64,000 bases of DNA, from the NCBI GenBank assembly GCA_903886255.1, contig CAISLM010000072.1, positions 18,648 to 82,647 on the forward strand. Reading direction: 5' to 3'. Shown here one piece after another: positions 19,610-29,848 of this stretch. This stretch comes from Candidatus Collierbacteria bacterium (lineage in GTDB: Bacteria > Patescibacteriota > Microgenomatia > UBA1400 > MFAQ01). The notes beneath the pieces are model-generated. The model was given only the letters and a program-made list of their open reading frames with translations, made no database searches and had not been told where the DNA came from. Made by a program: the position numbers and the translations under genes. Each line of letters begins with the position of its first letter. Within the stretch, counting starts at the first letter, position 1.

Positions 19610-21499
19610 ATGAAGACTCAAGTAAAATTTGCCGTTGCACAAGTTGAAGTTGTTGCAGGAAGGCCAGACTTAAATGTTAAAAAAATAATCAACGAAATTA
19701 AAAAGGCAAAACAACGCGGTATTGACGTTATTTTGTTTTCGGAGATGGTAGTGCCGGGATATCTTTTGGGTGACGAATGGGAGAACGATAGTTTTATAAA
19801 AGATCTACTGCAATACAATGAAGATATTTTGAAAGAGAGTGAAGGAATTACAGTAATCTGGGGAAATGTTTTTGCGGAATTGGATAAAAAAGGCGAAGAT
19901 GGTCGGTTGAGAAAATATAACGCGGTACATATTGCGCAAAATGGTAAATGGATAAACAATGGTGTTTTTGAAGGGCATACCTACAAAACACTGATGCCAA
20001 AATATCGGGAGTTTGATGACGAGAGACATTTTTATTCAACTTTGAAACTTGCAAATGAGCAGAAAAAAAGTTTAACAGAACTTCTCAAACCATTTCCGAT
20101 AAAGATAAAGGGTGAGGATGTTTTGATTGGTGTAATACTTTGTGAAGATATGTGGTGCGATGATTATGCGGACAATCCGACCAAAATATTGGTTGACAAC
20201 GGAGCCGAAATTATAGTCAACCTTTCGTGTTCCCCTTGGACCTGGAGGAAAAATGATAAACGGCATCGTGTAGTGAAATCACTCCTTGAGAAAAGTCCAG
20301 TTCCCTTTTTGTATTGCAATAACGTGGGGACTCAAAATAATGGAAAAAATATATTTTTGTTTGATGGAAATTCAACAATTTATAATAGCGACGGAACTTT
20401 AATGGCGACAACCAAAGATTACGCCGAGGAGACAATCGATGTTGTAATCGATGGAAGTAAACACGAATCACACGTTTCCCCCGAGAGTCCGGAAAGAGAC
20501 ACACAAGAACTTTATGATGGTTTGATTTATGGAATAAAACATTTCATGGGATCGCTTGGAAAAAAAGATGTCATTATTGGTCTGAGTGGCGGAGTGGACT
20601 CGGCCGTGTCGGCGGCTTTGATGGCGGCATCGGTTGGACCGGAACATGTATTTGCCGTAAATATGCCTTCAATTTTCAACTCCTCACTAACTAAAAATGC
20701 CGCATTAGAATTGGCGGAAAAAATGGGAATTAATTATGCGATTATTCCAATCCAAGAAGCAGTCGATCTAACAACAAACCAGTTGAAAAATGTTAAGTTC
20801 GTTAGGCAAGATGGTTCACAAACAGAAACAAAAGTGGCAGTGGATGATATGGTACTCCAAAATATTCAGGCTAGAGACAGAGGCAGCAGAGTTCTAGCCG
20901 CCGTAGCCGCAGGTATGGGAGCTGTATTTACAAATAACGGAAACAAAACAGAGACAACAATCGGTTACGCAACTTTATATGGCGACGTAGATGGTGCGAT
21001 TGCCCCGATTGCAGATTTATACAAAGCGGAGGTGTATCAACTGGCCAACTATATAAACAAGTTGGCAGGAAAAGAAATCATTCCGGCTGTCGTAATTAAT
21101 GTAGTACCTTCTGCAGAGCTCAGTAGTTCACAGGATGTCACCAAGGGGCTAGGAGATCCAATTAAATATCCATATCACGATATGCTATTTAAGGCATTCG
21201 TGGAGTTTCGGAGAGATCCGGAATATATCCTTGATTTATATATTCAAGGAAAGTTGGAAAATGAACTCCGAATAAAGTCCGGACTAATTAACCAGTACTT
21301 CCCTACTCCGGTAGAATTTGTTGCCGATTTGGAAAATAAATGGAGACTTTACAAAATAAATTTTTTCAAGAGAATTCAATGTCCCCCAATTATCGCCGTT
21401 AGTCGACGGGCGTTTGGATTTGATCTTCGTGAGGCACAAAACTCGGCATATTTTACGAGGGGATACTACAAACTCAAACAAGATTTGTTGGAAAAATAA
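19610..21499 (+). CDS. nadE: Glutamine-dependent NAD+ synthetase
   Basis: Nitrilase domain (E, K, LCEDMW) plus GLSGGVDS, NIQARDR, GYATLYGD, PSAEL. Confidence 0.93.
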   Translation: MKTQVKFAVAQVEVVAGRPDLNVKKIINEIKKAKQRGIDVILFSEMVVPGYLLGDEWENDSFIKDLLQYNEDILKESEGITVIWGNVFAELDKKGEDGRLRKYNAVHIAQNGKWINNGVFEGHTYKTLMPKYREFDDERHFYSTLKLANEQKKSLTELLKPFPIKIKGEDVLIGVILCEDMWCDDYADNPTKILVDNGAEIIVNLSCSPWTWRKNDKRHRVVKSLLEKSPVPFLYCNNVGTQNNGKNIFLFDGNSTIYNSDGTLMATTKDYAEETIDVVIDGSKHESHVSPESPERDTQELYDGLIYGIKHFMGSLGKKDVIIGLSGGVDSAVSAALMAASVGPEHVFAVNMPSIFNSSLTKNAALELAEKMGINYAIIPIQEAVDLTTNQLKNVKFVRQDGSQTETKVAVDDMVLQNIQARDRGSRVLAAVAAGMGAVFTNNGNKTETTIGYATLYGDVDGAIAPIADLYKAEVYQLANYINKLAGKEIIPAVVINVVPSAELSSSQDVTKGLGDPIKYPYHDMLFKAFVEFRRDPEYILDLYIQGKLENELRIKSGLINQYFPTPVEFVADLENKWRLYKINFFKRIQCPPIIAVSRRAFGFDLREAQNSAYFTRGYYKLKQDLLEK

Positions 21500-21521
21500 A
21501 ACCAGCCCGGGTGGGCTGGTG
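21498..21521. terminator. Intrinsic terminator between convergent genes
   Basis: ACCAGCCC-gggt-GGGCTGGT with an A-tract on the left. Confidence 0.65.
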
Positions 21522-21527
21522 TGATAC

Positions 21528-21965
21528 TTAAATGTCCGTGAAAAAGGAGTAACGAAGAGCTTCAATACGAGACAGTTCAGATTTTAGTTTTTTAACAACT
21601 CCGGCGAGATAATCCATGTACTGGAAAATGAATTCTTCCGTGGTAAGAATGGGAAGTTTTTCAATTACATATTCGCTTGCATATGAACTGACTTTTATCG
21701 CTCCTTCTTGAAGACCGTGCTGGACAATGACCCAAGGCCGCTCCAGGTCACACCATATTGGCACATCCCAACCGGCCAGGCCAAGTGACTGGGCGTCGGC
21801 CTCTTGAAGAAGGGTTCGGGCTTTGAATTCCGGGTCGTTCTCAAGGGCGCCAATAGCAAGCCAAATTTGAACGGGTTGGTCTGGTTTTGCAGGAACAACT
21901 GTGGAAAAGGGCTTATCTAGCTTAAGTTGGGCAAGAATTTGCTTAAGATCGTACTTGATTTCCAT
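21528..21965 (-). CDS. Orphan hypothetical protein (SD-led cassette)
   Basis: Start reset to MEIKYD after GGAGG; has its own promoter and terminator. Confidence 0.65.
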   Translation of the reverse strand: MEIKYDLKQILAQLKLDKPFSTVVPAKPDQPVQIWLAIGALENDPEFKARTLLQEADAQSLGLAGWDVPIWCDLERPWVIVQHGLQEGAIKVSSYASEYVIEKLPILTTEEFIFQYMDYLAGVVKKLKSELSRIEALRYSFFTDI

Positions 21966-22029
21966 AACCTTTAGCCTCCGTTTGCGGTAAATGTGCTTTA
22001 CAAAATCTGGGATTTTGATTGATTCCGGT

Positions 22030-22058
22030 ATTATAGGATTGTCATTCAAAATAGTCAA
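22030..22058 (-). promoter_or_regulatory. Sigma70-type promoter
   Basis: TTGACT-17 nt-TATAAT. Confidence 0.7.
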
Positions 22059-22080
22059 TAATCTGTGCGAAAATAGAGAT

Positions 22081-22833
22081 ATGGAAAAAAGAGAAACATC
22101 ATGGGGTAGCGTATCTAAATGGTACGGGGGAATTGTGGGAGAAAAAGGACATTTCTTTCACCAGACCCTCGTTATCCCAGGGGCACTTCGACTTCTGGAT
22201 ATAAAAAATGGAGATCGAATACTAGATGTGGCGTGTGGACAAGGAGTATTGGCCAGAAGGTTACCGGGCGAAGTTTCTTATACCGGAGTAGATATGGCAC
22301 GGGGGTTGATAGATGAAGCAAAACGAATGGACAAAAACAAGAAACACAAATACATAGTCGCTGATGTAACAAAAAGTATTCCCGCCGAAGAAAAATATAA
22401 TAAGGCGGCAATATTATTGGCTCTTCAAAATATAAAAGAGCCGGATAAAACCATAAAACTTGTGTCTGAGAAGTTAGATAAGAGTGGAAAAATGCTGATT
22501 GTATTGAACCATCCCTGTTTTAGAATTCCCCGACAGAGTAGTTGGGAAAATGATCCCAAAAATAAACTGCAATATCGCAGAATAAACAGATATATGTCTC
22601 CTCTGGAAATCCCGATCAATATGCACCCCGGAGACAGAAATTCCCCTGTGACTTGGTCATTTCATCTGCCCATTGAAGAATATTCGAAAATGCTTTTTGA
22701 TAACGGATTTCTAATTGAGAAAATCGAAGAATGGACTTCAGATAAAGAAAGTGTCGGTAAAATGGCAAAGTCTGAAAATAGAGCCAGAGACGAATTCCCG
22801 ATGTTTATGGCGATCCTGGCAATTAAGAAATGA
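22081..22833 (+). CDS. Class I SAM-dependent methyltransferase
   Basis: ILDVACGQG and YTGVD; start reset to MEKRETSW. Confidence 0.85.
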   Translation: MEKRETSWGSVSKWYGGIVGEKGHFFHQTLVIPGALRLLDIKNGDRILDVACGQGVLARRLPGEVSYTGVDMARGLIDEAKRMDKNKKHKYIVADVTKSIPAEEKYNKAAILLALQNIKEPDKTIKLVSEKLDKSGKMLIVLNHPCFRIPRQSSWENDPKNKLQYRRINRYMSPLEIPINMHPGDRNSPVTWSFHLPIEEYSKMLFDNGFLIEKIEEWTSDKESVGKMAKSENRARDEFPMFMAILAIKK

Positions 22834-22863
22834 AAGTATTTAATTATTAATTTTAATAAACAA

Positions 22864-23061
22864 ATGAAAGACGAACATTGTAGTGGTCACTGCCATCATG
22901 TCGGTGGTTCTGATGGAATTTATGGTGTCGGAGTTATCGGAGCGTTAGTATATTTTTTACATGGTGTGGTAGGATTTGTACCGGTGATAGTTGGTATCGT
23001 TAAAGCATTTTTCTGGCCGGCATTTATCGTGTTTAAAGTTTTGACGCTTCTCAATATATAG
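22864..23061 (+). CDS. Small membrane protein with a His/Cys-rich N-terminus
   Basis: HCSGHCHH followed by GIYGVGVIGALVYF..KAFFWPAF. Confidence 0.7.
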   Translation: MKDEHCSGHCHHVGGSDGIYGVGVIGALVYFLHGVVGFVPVIVGIVKAFFWPAFIVFKVLTLLNI

Positions 23062-23084
23062 GCATAATCTTGTATAGTAGTGAT

Positions 23085-23891
23085 ATGGATGAAATCGTAA
23101 ACCCCAATCGTTATCTGGAAAGAATGAGCAAACCGCTACAGGAAAAACTGAAAGTGGCTAAGTTTATTCCCGAAGGAACAAAAACAGTACTGGATGTTGG
23201 CTGTGCCGACGGCACAGTTACATTGGCTTTGGCAGAAATGTATCCGGAAATTAAATTCGTAGGGATTGATTTGAATAAAGAATTCATTGAGGACGCCAAG
23301 ATAAAGGCGGCCGGAAAAACAAATGTTAGTTTTGAGAATGTCTATCTTAGGGAACGATTATCAAACCCAGAAAGGTTTGACGTGGTTTTGTTTTGTTCGG
23401 TATTACATGAGTTTTATTCCTATGGAGAAGGGATTTCAACAGTAGTAAAGGCCTTGGCCGATGCTCACGAAATATTGAAAAAGAACGGAAGATTAATTAT
23501 CCGTGACATGATTCTTTATGACTACGCGGGAAAATCGCAGTTATGGGTAAAAGAAATGAAAGAAAAAGTAACAGTAAAAGGAGAAATTGCCCATCTATTG
23601 GCTGATTTTGAGACAATTTTCGGAGAAACTGTAAGTGTAAAGCAGTTGAATCATTTCCTTTTGAAATATATGTACGGAGATAACTGGGAAAGAGAAGGAA
23701 GGGAAAACTATGTTCCGGTAAGCTTCGAAGAATATGATCAGATTTTTAAACTCCTGGGAATGATGGTGCTGTTTCAGCGGTCTTCAACCATCCCCTATCT
23801 GAAGGAAAAGTGGCGGACCGATTTTGGCTTCGCAGATAGTGAACTGGAAAGCTTCCGATCGACAGGGATAATTGCCGCCAAAAAATTGTAA
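23085..23891 (+). CDS. Class I SAM-dependent methyltransferase
   Basis: VLDVGCADG, FVGIDLN, SVLHEFYSY, IIRD. Confidence 0.85.
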   Translation: MDEIVNPNRYLERMSKPLQEKLKVAKFIPEGTKTVLDVGCADGTVTLALAEMYPEIKFVGIDLNKEFIEDAKIKAAGKTNVSFENVYLRERLSNPERFDVVLFCSVLHEFYSYGEGISTVVKALADAHEILKKNGRLIIRDMILYDYAGKSQLWVKEMKEKVTVKGEIAHLLADFETIFGETVSVKQLNHFLLKYMYGDNWEREGRENYVPVSFEEYDQIFKLLGMMVLFQRSSTIPYLKEKWRTDFGFADSELESFRSTGIIAAKKL

Positions 23892-23935
23892 TAAGTTATA
23901 ATACCCGCATACTTTGACAAATAGGAGGTTTTTCA

Positions 23936-24379
23936 GTGAACAAAACTGTGTTTATTGCTGCTGATAAGTTTTTCTCAAGAATTTCCTCGAACAAAAGTAA
24001 TTCAACCGTATTGCAGGATATATTGGAAATCGAGAAATTGGGCGAATTGGTAATCTCCCGCCTGGAAGTATTGGAGAAAGATGACGAAATACTTTGGTGG
24101 GAAGATAAAGAATTAATTAGAACCTTTGATAAACTTTTTCAGGCTGGGATCGTTTTGCTCCCAAATGATCCCGTGGATCGATACCGATGGATCGCATTGG
24201 TGTGTATCTCCTTCAGCGAAAAGGGAGGTTTTTCATACGGGAATCTTCTTTTCTCGGTAGATTATCTGCCTGACGAGATGCTGCCCGAAAGGGAAGAAAG
24301 GTTTGGTGTGGGGATTATCGAGGAAGAACAACAATTTCGTAAAAAATTGGCGAATGAAGGCTGGAAAAGCTTACTTTGA
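23936..24379 (+). CDS. Orphan hypothetical protein (SD-led cassette)
   Basis: TATAAT at 23897, AGGAGG at 23923, GTG start, terminator downstream. Confidence 0.65.
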   Translation: MNKTVFIAADKFFSRISSNKSNSTVLQDILEIEKLGELVISRLEVLEKDDEILWWEDKELIRTFDKLFQAGIVLLPNDPVDRYRWIALVCISFSEKGGFSYGNLLFSVDYLPDEMLPEREERFGVGIIEEEQQFRKKLANEGWKSLL

Positions 24380-24389
24380 GTTAATTTAT

Positions 24390-24413
24390 GGCCGGATCGT
24401 ATCCGGCCTTTTT
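24390..24413 (+). terminator. Intrinsic terminator
   Basis: GGCCGGAT-cgt-ATCCGGCC-TTTTT. Confidence 0.8.
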
Positions 24414-24443
24414 GTGCCCATGAATGGTAAAATATGGATATAT

Positions 24444-24515
24444 TGCCGGATCGTCTAATGGTTGGACGCCACCCTCTGGAGGTGGATATTCTAGGTTCGA
24501 GTCCTAGTCCGGCAA
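24444..24515 (+). tRNA. tRNA-Gln(CTG), CCA not encoded
   Basis: Acceptor TGCCGGA/TCCGGCA, anticodon arm CCACC-CT-CTG-GA-GGTGG, T-arm CTAGG-TTCGAGT-CCTAG. Confidence 0.93.
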
Positions 24516-24696
24516 CACTTCGGGACAAATCGGTAGGAACGGGGTCAGTCGCCCGCGCGCCCACCCACGCGCGGAGCGATGCGAAGGGCTTTTCCCATTC
24601 CACAATAATCTGTTTATCTTTCAAAAAGAAGTTCGAACCGATGTTTTGGACGAAGATCCGCAGATCTGAGTCCACGGAACCCTTGCGCGCGAATAT
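24516..24696 (-). pseudogene. Remnant C-terminal tail of a tRNA-targeting site-specific recombinase
   Basis: Peptide SDLRIFVQNIGSNFFLKDKQIIVEWEKPF reads into the tRNA 3' end and is cut off by a stop upstream; recalled similarity to large serine recombinase tails. Confidence 0.55.
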
Positions 24697-24813
24697 CTAG
24701 TGAGGATGAAACACTTCAGGAGCTAAATCTATTTTCTCCAGAATATAAAGTTTTTAAGAACATAAAATTCGAAGGATCGTATAACCTTTTTGGTCAGCGA
24801 TTTCTCTACGAGT

Positions 24814-27795
24814 TTATAAACCAAAGTATTTTATGATTTTCTGCCAGAATGACTGTTGGGAGGCGATGGTAGTTTGATTTGGGGATGGATTGAGATTGAC
24901 TGCTGGTGTGATTTGATCAACCGGTGCAACTAGTTCAGAAGATTTAACAGGTTCAACTAATTTGGGATAAGTGGGTTGAACTCGGATAGACGTTGAAGTT
25001 TTTTTAGTGACCGGTATGGCCAGTTTGCTTTTGAAATAATTTTGGCTATTAGTATTAATTTTCAAAATATTACTCCAGTCTCCCGGCATACAGCCATTTT
25101 GTTCACGAACTTTGAAATAATAAGTTGTATGTGGTTTCAACGCGTTGACAGTGAAACTTTGAACACCTTGTTTGGAAAGATTGATTATACCAGTGCCGTG
25201 TTTTTCCGCGTTTGGCGAGGTCGAGAAACTAATGTAGTAACTTTCGGTGTCTGCCGAGGGCGAAAAATACAATTTAGCAAGTGTTAATCCAGTGTTGATC
25301 TGAAAGAGATTTGGCGCAGACCGAGGTTTCTTGTCTCCGCAGACAAAGACAGTACCGGAATTTCCATTTGAACCAGTTGTAGGCGTCGAATTTGAATCAC
25401 TATTTGATGACGAAATAAGACTGTCGACAACAGTAAACGTAGTAAAGTGTGCGACGGAAAAAGTAAGTATGTGAATGATATGATCGTAATTCACATTAGA
25501 AATAACATTTCCAATATCAGACTCACCATTGACTAAAATCTTCGGATTATCGAAATCCAGATTGTAAATCGTTATCTCTGCCTCCGTGGGCAAAATCCCG
25601 TTTACAGCCTCGGTGTCAAGTCTGACAAAATTAGAGGCTAGACCTAAATATGTTGAAAGATTTTTTATCCAGTTAATAACATCAGGGTCTGTCAAGTCTG
25701 CACTTAACGGAAGTACGATCTTGGCAATTCCGGGTTTTTCGAAATAGATATTACTGGCGTGAGACAGATCGTTATAAGAGTCTAAATTAGTTAAAATACC
25801 TTGGGCTGCAAGTGTCTCCGTAATCGTTACAAAAGGATTTTCAACAGTACCGACATACAAGAAGCCACCTTCTGAACTTGCAACCGAAACAACTGACCCA
25901 TCACTCGACACGGAAGAGCATTGCCACTTCCCGGCTTTAACCAGATCAGTTTCTTTATGCCAGGTCGTACCACTATCAATCGAAGTATATACATCACTAT
26001 CACCAGATATCACAATTGTTGTACCGCCTGATGACATTGACGCAGAATTCCACCATTGGGATTCCAAACCAGTTACTTGTTGCCACGATGTGCCGGAGTT
26101 TAGTGAAAGATATACTAAATTTCTTGGCCCAACAACGAGGATGACACTTCCATCAAAAGACATCGCTATGTCAGAGAACCAGGAATTTTCTGGTAATCCC
26201 ACAAGACTTCCCCATGTGGACCCGAAGTCGTTTGAGATATATGTTTGGTTATTGTTACTACCCTGAGCAATTATTTTGTTGCCATCTCCTGAAATCACAA
26301 CCTTAGACCATGGAATGGTACCTGCAGACAAATGTTTTGTCCAATGGCTACCATAATCTGAGGAAGTAAAAATGTTTCCACTTGGATCACAATCCGGATC
26401 ACAACCATACCCAGCATTCGCTGCCACTTGCTTATCACCATCAGAAGAAGCGGAAATTGATTGCCAGAAAGCTCTTCCACCATCAACCGATTCAGCCCAA
26501 TTTTTCCCGGCGTTACTTGATGTGTAGATGCCGCCGACAATTCTTTGGGCATCATTAGTGTCAGAATATGTTACGGCCGATATGTGATTTCCATCGCTCG
26601 ACAAAGTAGACTGCCTCCACACACCTCCGGGTAGATTTGTCTGTCTCTCCCAGCTCTCACCTGCATTTCGTGATATTGACAGAAACGATGAATTGCTAGA
26701 GCCCGATGAGGCAATTATGGTATGACTGTCCTTTAGTCCGGAAATGTTTGACCAGAGACCCCCAGCGCCACCGTCATGTCTCGTCCAAGTGTCACCATAA
26801 TTTGCTGAGAAAAAGATACCTGAGTTGCTAGTAATAATGAGGTGGCTAGCATCTGCCTGCATCGTTAAGGCCTGAGGGACGTCACCGCCATCAAAGACAG
26901 AAGCGATATTATGAGTACTCCAGGTTATGCCAGAGTCAACTGAGATAAAGAGATTAGTACCAGACAATAACGCAATAGATTGACCATTTGGAGAAAAAGA
27001 GATTTTGGGGCTGTACATATCATCATGATTATCAAATGGTTCCGGTTGAGACCATGAAATATTTGAGGTCGATGAAAAATATTCTCTATATATGTCTTCA
27101 TCATCGTCAGCGTTGACAATTATTTTTAAGCCATCAGGTGAGATCGAAATATCACCAATATAAGGGACATAGGAGTCTGGAGCAGAATGTGTCGACCAAC
27201 TCGTCCCATAATCGGTTGAAAGGTAAAGTATGTCTCTCACCACACTTACAACAGCCAAAACTTGACCATTACTTGACGAGGCAACTGTGAAACCATTAAC
27301 TTTTCCTCCAGGTTGTTCACTCCAGTTTTGTCCGGAATTAGTGGAAATGTATATGACACCATCTTGAGTGGAAATAATTAATTTGGTTCCGTCTGAGGAA
27401 GAGGCCGCGGTTGCCCAACCAGTATAGTTGTCACCTAGGGAAGTAACTTCCGACCAAGTGAGTCCGAAATTTGATGATATTTTTGGGTGGCCTTGGTTTG
27501 GTAGGGCAATTATTTTATTGCCATCTGCTGAGGCAGAAACAAGACGCCAGTTATTATATCCAGCGTTGATTCTGGGAATCCAACTCTCACCAGAGTTTTG
27601 GGAGACGTTGATGTAACCAGGAAAGGTCGTATAGATTAATCTGTGGCCATCAGCTGTTGAAATAATACTGGGTTTATAAACATCGCTGTTGGCAGAAGTT
27701 CGTATCCATGTAAAAGCTAAAGATTTAGTCGGTAAGAAGAGGCTAACTAAACAAAAAAGCGTGGAGATTAAGACTATTGCAGGGATAGTTTTCAT
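24814..27795 (-). CDS. Large secreted Asp-box (BNR) beta-propeller protein with a C-terminal Fn3-like domain
   Basis: Signal peptide, many S-x-D/N-x-G-x-T/S-W repeats, Ser-rich linker, LKPHTTYYFKVR, tail SFWQKIIKYFGL. Confidence 0.82.
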   Translation of the reverse strand: MKTIPAIVLISTLFCLVSLFLPTKSLAFTWIRTSANSDVYKPSIISTADGHRLIYTTFPGYINVSQNSGESWIPRINAGYNNWRLVSASADGNKIIALPNQGHPKISSNFGLTWSEVTSLGDNYTGWATAASSSDGTKLIISTQDGVIYISTNSGQNWSEQPGGKVNGFTVASSSNGQVLAVVSVVRDILYLSTDYGTSWSTHSAPDSYVPYIGDISISPDGLKIIVNADDDEDIYREYFSSTSNISWSQPEPFDNHDDMYSPKISFSPNGQSIALLSGTNLFISVDSGITWSTHNIASVFDGGDVPQALTMQADASHLIITSNSGIFFSANYGDTWTRHDGGAGGLWSNISGLKDSHTIIASSGSSNSSFLSISRNAGESWERQTNLPGGVWRQSTLSSDGNHISAVTYSDTNDAQRIVGGIYTSSNAGKNWAESVDGGRAFWQSISASSDGDKQVAANAGYGCDPDCDPSGNIFTSSDYGSHWTKHLSAGTIPWSKVVISGDGNKIIAQGSNNNQTYISNDFGSTWGSLVGLPENSWFSDIAMSFDGSVILVVGPRNLVYLSLNSGTSWQQVTGLESQWWNSASMSSGGTTIVISGDSDVYTSIDSGTTWHKETDLVKAGKWQCSSVSSDGSVVSVASSEGGFLYVGTVENPFVTITETLAAQGILTNLDSYNDLSHASNIYFEKPGIAKIVLPLSADLTDPDVINWIKNLSTYLGLASNFVRLDTEAVNGILPTEAEITIYNLDFDNPKILVNGESDIGNVISNVNYDHIIHILTFSVAHFTTFTVVDSLISSSNSDSNSTPTTGSNGNSGTVFVCGDKKPRSAPNLFQINTGLTLAKLYFSPSADTESYYISFSTSPNAEKHGTGIINLSKQGVQSFTVNALKPHTTYYFKVREQNGCMPGDWSNILKINTNSQNYFKSKLAIPVTKKTSTSIRVQPTYPKLVEPVKSSELVAPVDQITPAVNLNPSPNQTTIASQQSFWQKIIKYFGL

Positions 27796-28047
27796 GTATA
27801 GTTAAGAATATCATAACGAAGAATCGGTCAATCGCCCATACCCGTCTTTGAATTGTTCGTCATTTTACCGCTTTGCTACTTTCAAAAAGGTTTTGAGCGA
27901 GAGAAAATTGCTTGGAACAAATAAGATACTATCTATTGCTAGGGTCCTAAATATATCATCACGTCTGAGCTTTTTTTCTTTTTATAATGAGGCAACCATT
28001 ATAGTGATGGTAATGTCCGTGATCGCACGGCTCAACTGAAAGCCTAA

Positions 28048-28665
28048 CTATGAAGGAAATAGCGTATTAGAGTCCGATTTCAGTGCTCCAATAACATACC
28101 TTTCTGCCATTATTTTTCCGTCATCATTAATACCGTCTATTATTTTAGGCTCGATCATAATTATTTCTTCCTGATCAGAACCAGGAAGCTTGCCTAACAT
28201 TAAATTATGAAGAAGAAGAGTGTCTAGCTCAATAAAGATTCCCTGACTCGTGAGGGAAACTATTGCATCTTTGAAGCGATTCCATTGTTCCTTTGATGGT
28301 CGTTGAATAATTTCCCCATTTCTATTTGAGATTATCGATCCTTGAACCTCCTCGACTAAAATACCATCGTTGTTAGCTGATTGGTATTTTCCAAGATATC
28401 CAGGAACATGATTCGGAATTAAAAGTTTTAACTTCCAAAGATCTTGCGCTTCAACGTTTGTTTGCATTTTTTCAACTTCAGTCAAACGGACATTTGAATC
28501 TTTCCTGAAAATTCTTGCCAATTTCAACATTGCTCTTCTATTTTCATTTCCATCATCAATTTCAACCCTAAATACTCTTTTAAACTTTCCACCCTCACTT
28601 TTTGAATCAACGATTCGGATATTGTCTTTTGAGTAAATAGATTCTCCTGTTGGGTTTGCTTCCAT
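28048..28665 (-). CDS. Divergent protein-kinase-like fold protein
   Basis: Motif order EGGKFKRVF, AMLK, VEAQDL, HVPGYLG, LVEEVQG, GIFIELDTLLLHNLML, IMIEP. Confidence 0.55.
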   Translation of the reverse strand: MEANPTGESIYSKDNIRIVDSKSEGGKFKRVFRVEIDDGNENRRAMLKLARIFRKDSNVRLTEVEKMQTNVEAQDLWKLKLLIPNHVPGYLGKYQSANNDGILVEEVQGSIISNRNGEIIQRPSKEQWNRFKDAIVSLTSQGIFIELDTLLLHNLMLGKLPGSDQEEIIMIEPKIIDGINDDGKIMAERYVIGALKSDSNTLFPS

Positions 28666-28879
28666 TGAGTTGATTGTATCAATAAGAATAAGACAAATGA
28701 ATTTTCAATAAATTTAAATCAAGGGGTAGCTCGATCCTTCGGTTCCTGAAAATGTCAACTAGGGGCAACCAAGTTGGACTCTATCAGATTGTGATGCCTA
28801 AAATCGGTTGACGTGTCCCAGAAAAGCTCATTTGTAATTGGAAGTCTCGGACCATACGCTCGTCCTCCAGTAATTTCCT

Positions 28880-29845
28880 CTACAAAACAGCGTTAAATAG
28901 ATAGCCGATAAAGATAATTCCCAATGTCAGAATAGCGATATAAATTGCCAATAGCTTTGGCTTTAAAACTTTCCGCAGGATAATCATTTCCGGAAAAGAA
29001 AGAGCAGTAACAGACATCATAAAAGCTAATGCAGTGCCAATTGGAAGTCCCTTGTCGATGAGAGACTTAACAATAGGGATCGTTCCGGCAGCGTTTGAAT
29101 ACAAAGGAACACCAATAAGGACTGCTATGGGAACCGCAAACGGATTTCCTTTCCCGGCAACTTTGGCTAAAAGGTTTTCCGGGGCATAGCCATGAACCAA
29201 TGCGCCTGCTGCCACTCCCACCAAAACGTATGGAAATACTTTTTTAATCAGGTCGATAGTATATCGATAAGCCTCTTCTACTCGATCTCTCGTGGTTTTT
29301 TTAATTGAGATTGCTTCTGTATTAATTTTTATTTTCCAGACGTAATCTTCTACTAAACGCTCCATTTTCATTTTTCCTAAGATAAAACCAACGACAACCG
29401 CGATGATTACACCAGAAGATATATATAGAAGTGCCACTCCTGGTCCAAATAAGCCTAAAAGCATTATTGCAGCCACTTCATTTACCATGGGGGCGGAAAT
29501 CAAATATGAAAATGTTACTCCCAAAGGAACTCCTGACTCGACCAAACCGATGAAAAGAGGCACTGCCGAACAAGAACAAAATGGGGTGACAATTCCGATT
29601 AAGGCGGCAAAAATATTACCAACTATCTCGAAACGATTTGATAACCATTTTTTGGTCTTTTCGGGTGGAAGGTATGAACGAATTATGGATACAACAAAAA
29701 TAATGACTGAAAGTAAAAGAAATATTTTGATACTGTCAAAGATGAAAAAGTTAATTGCGCCAGCCAAAACACTTCCCTTCGCTAGAGTTAAAACTGTGTA
29801 CGTTAACCAGTCAGCAAATAGTTGCACCGGAAAGAAGATATCCAT
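28880..29845 (-). CDS. DUF318/ArsP-family permease
   Basis: TPFCSCSAVP, SAPMVNE, GVPLYSNAAG, ALSFPE; multiple TM helices. Confidence 0.88.
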   Translation of the reverse strand: MDIFFPVQLFADWLTYTVLTLAKGSVLAGAINFFIFDSIKIFLLLSVIIFVVSIIRSYLPPEKTKKWLSNRFEIVGNIFAALIGIVTPFCSCSAVPLFIGLVESGVPLGVTFSYLISAPMVNEVAAIMLLGLFGPGVALLYISSGVIIAVVVGFILGKMKMERLVEDYVWKIKINTEAISIKKTTRDRVEEAYRYTIDLIKKVFPYVLVGVAAGALVHGYAPENLLAKVAGKGNPFAVPIAVLIGVPLYSNAAGTIPIVKSLIDKGLPIGTALAFMMSVTALSFPEMIILRKVLKPKLLAIYIAILTLGIIFIGYLFNAVL

Positions 29846-29848
29846 TGA

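Noticed and set aside
24262-24700. ORFs 24262-24675 (-) and 24434-24700 (+) as intact genes
   Set aside because: Both overlap tRNA-Gln; only the recombinase-like fragment is retained, as a pseudogene.
27796-28047. 250-nt intergenic gap inside the island as a possible ncRNA or riboswitch
   Set aside because: Only short weak hairpins and no recognisable aptamer or convincing ORF.
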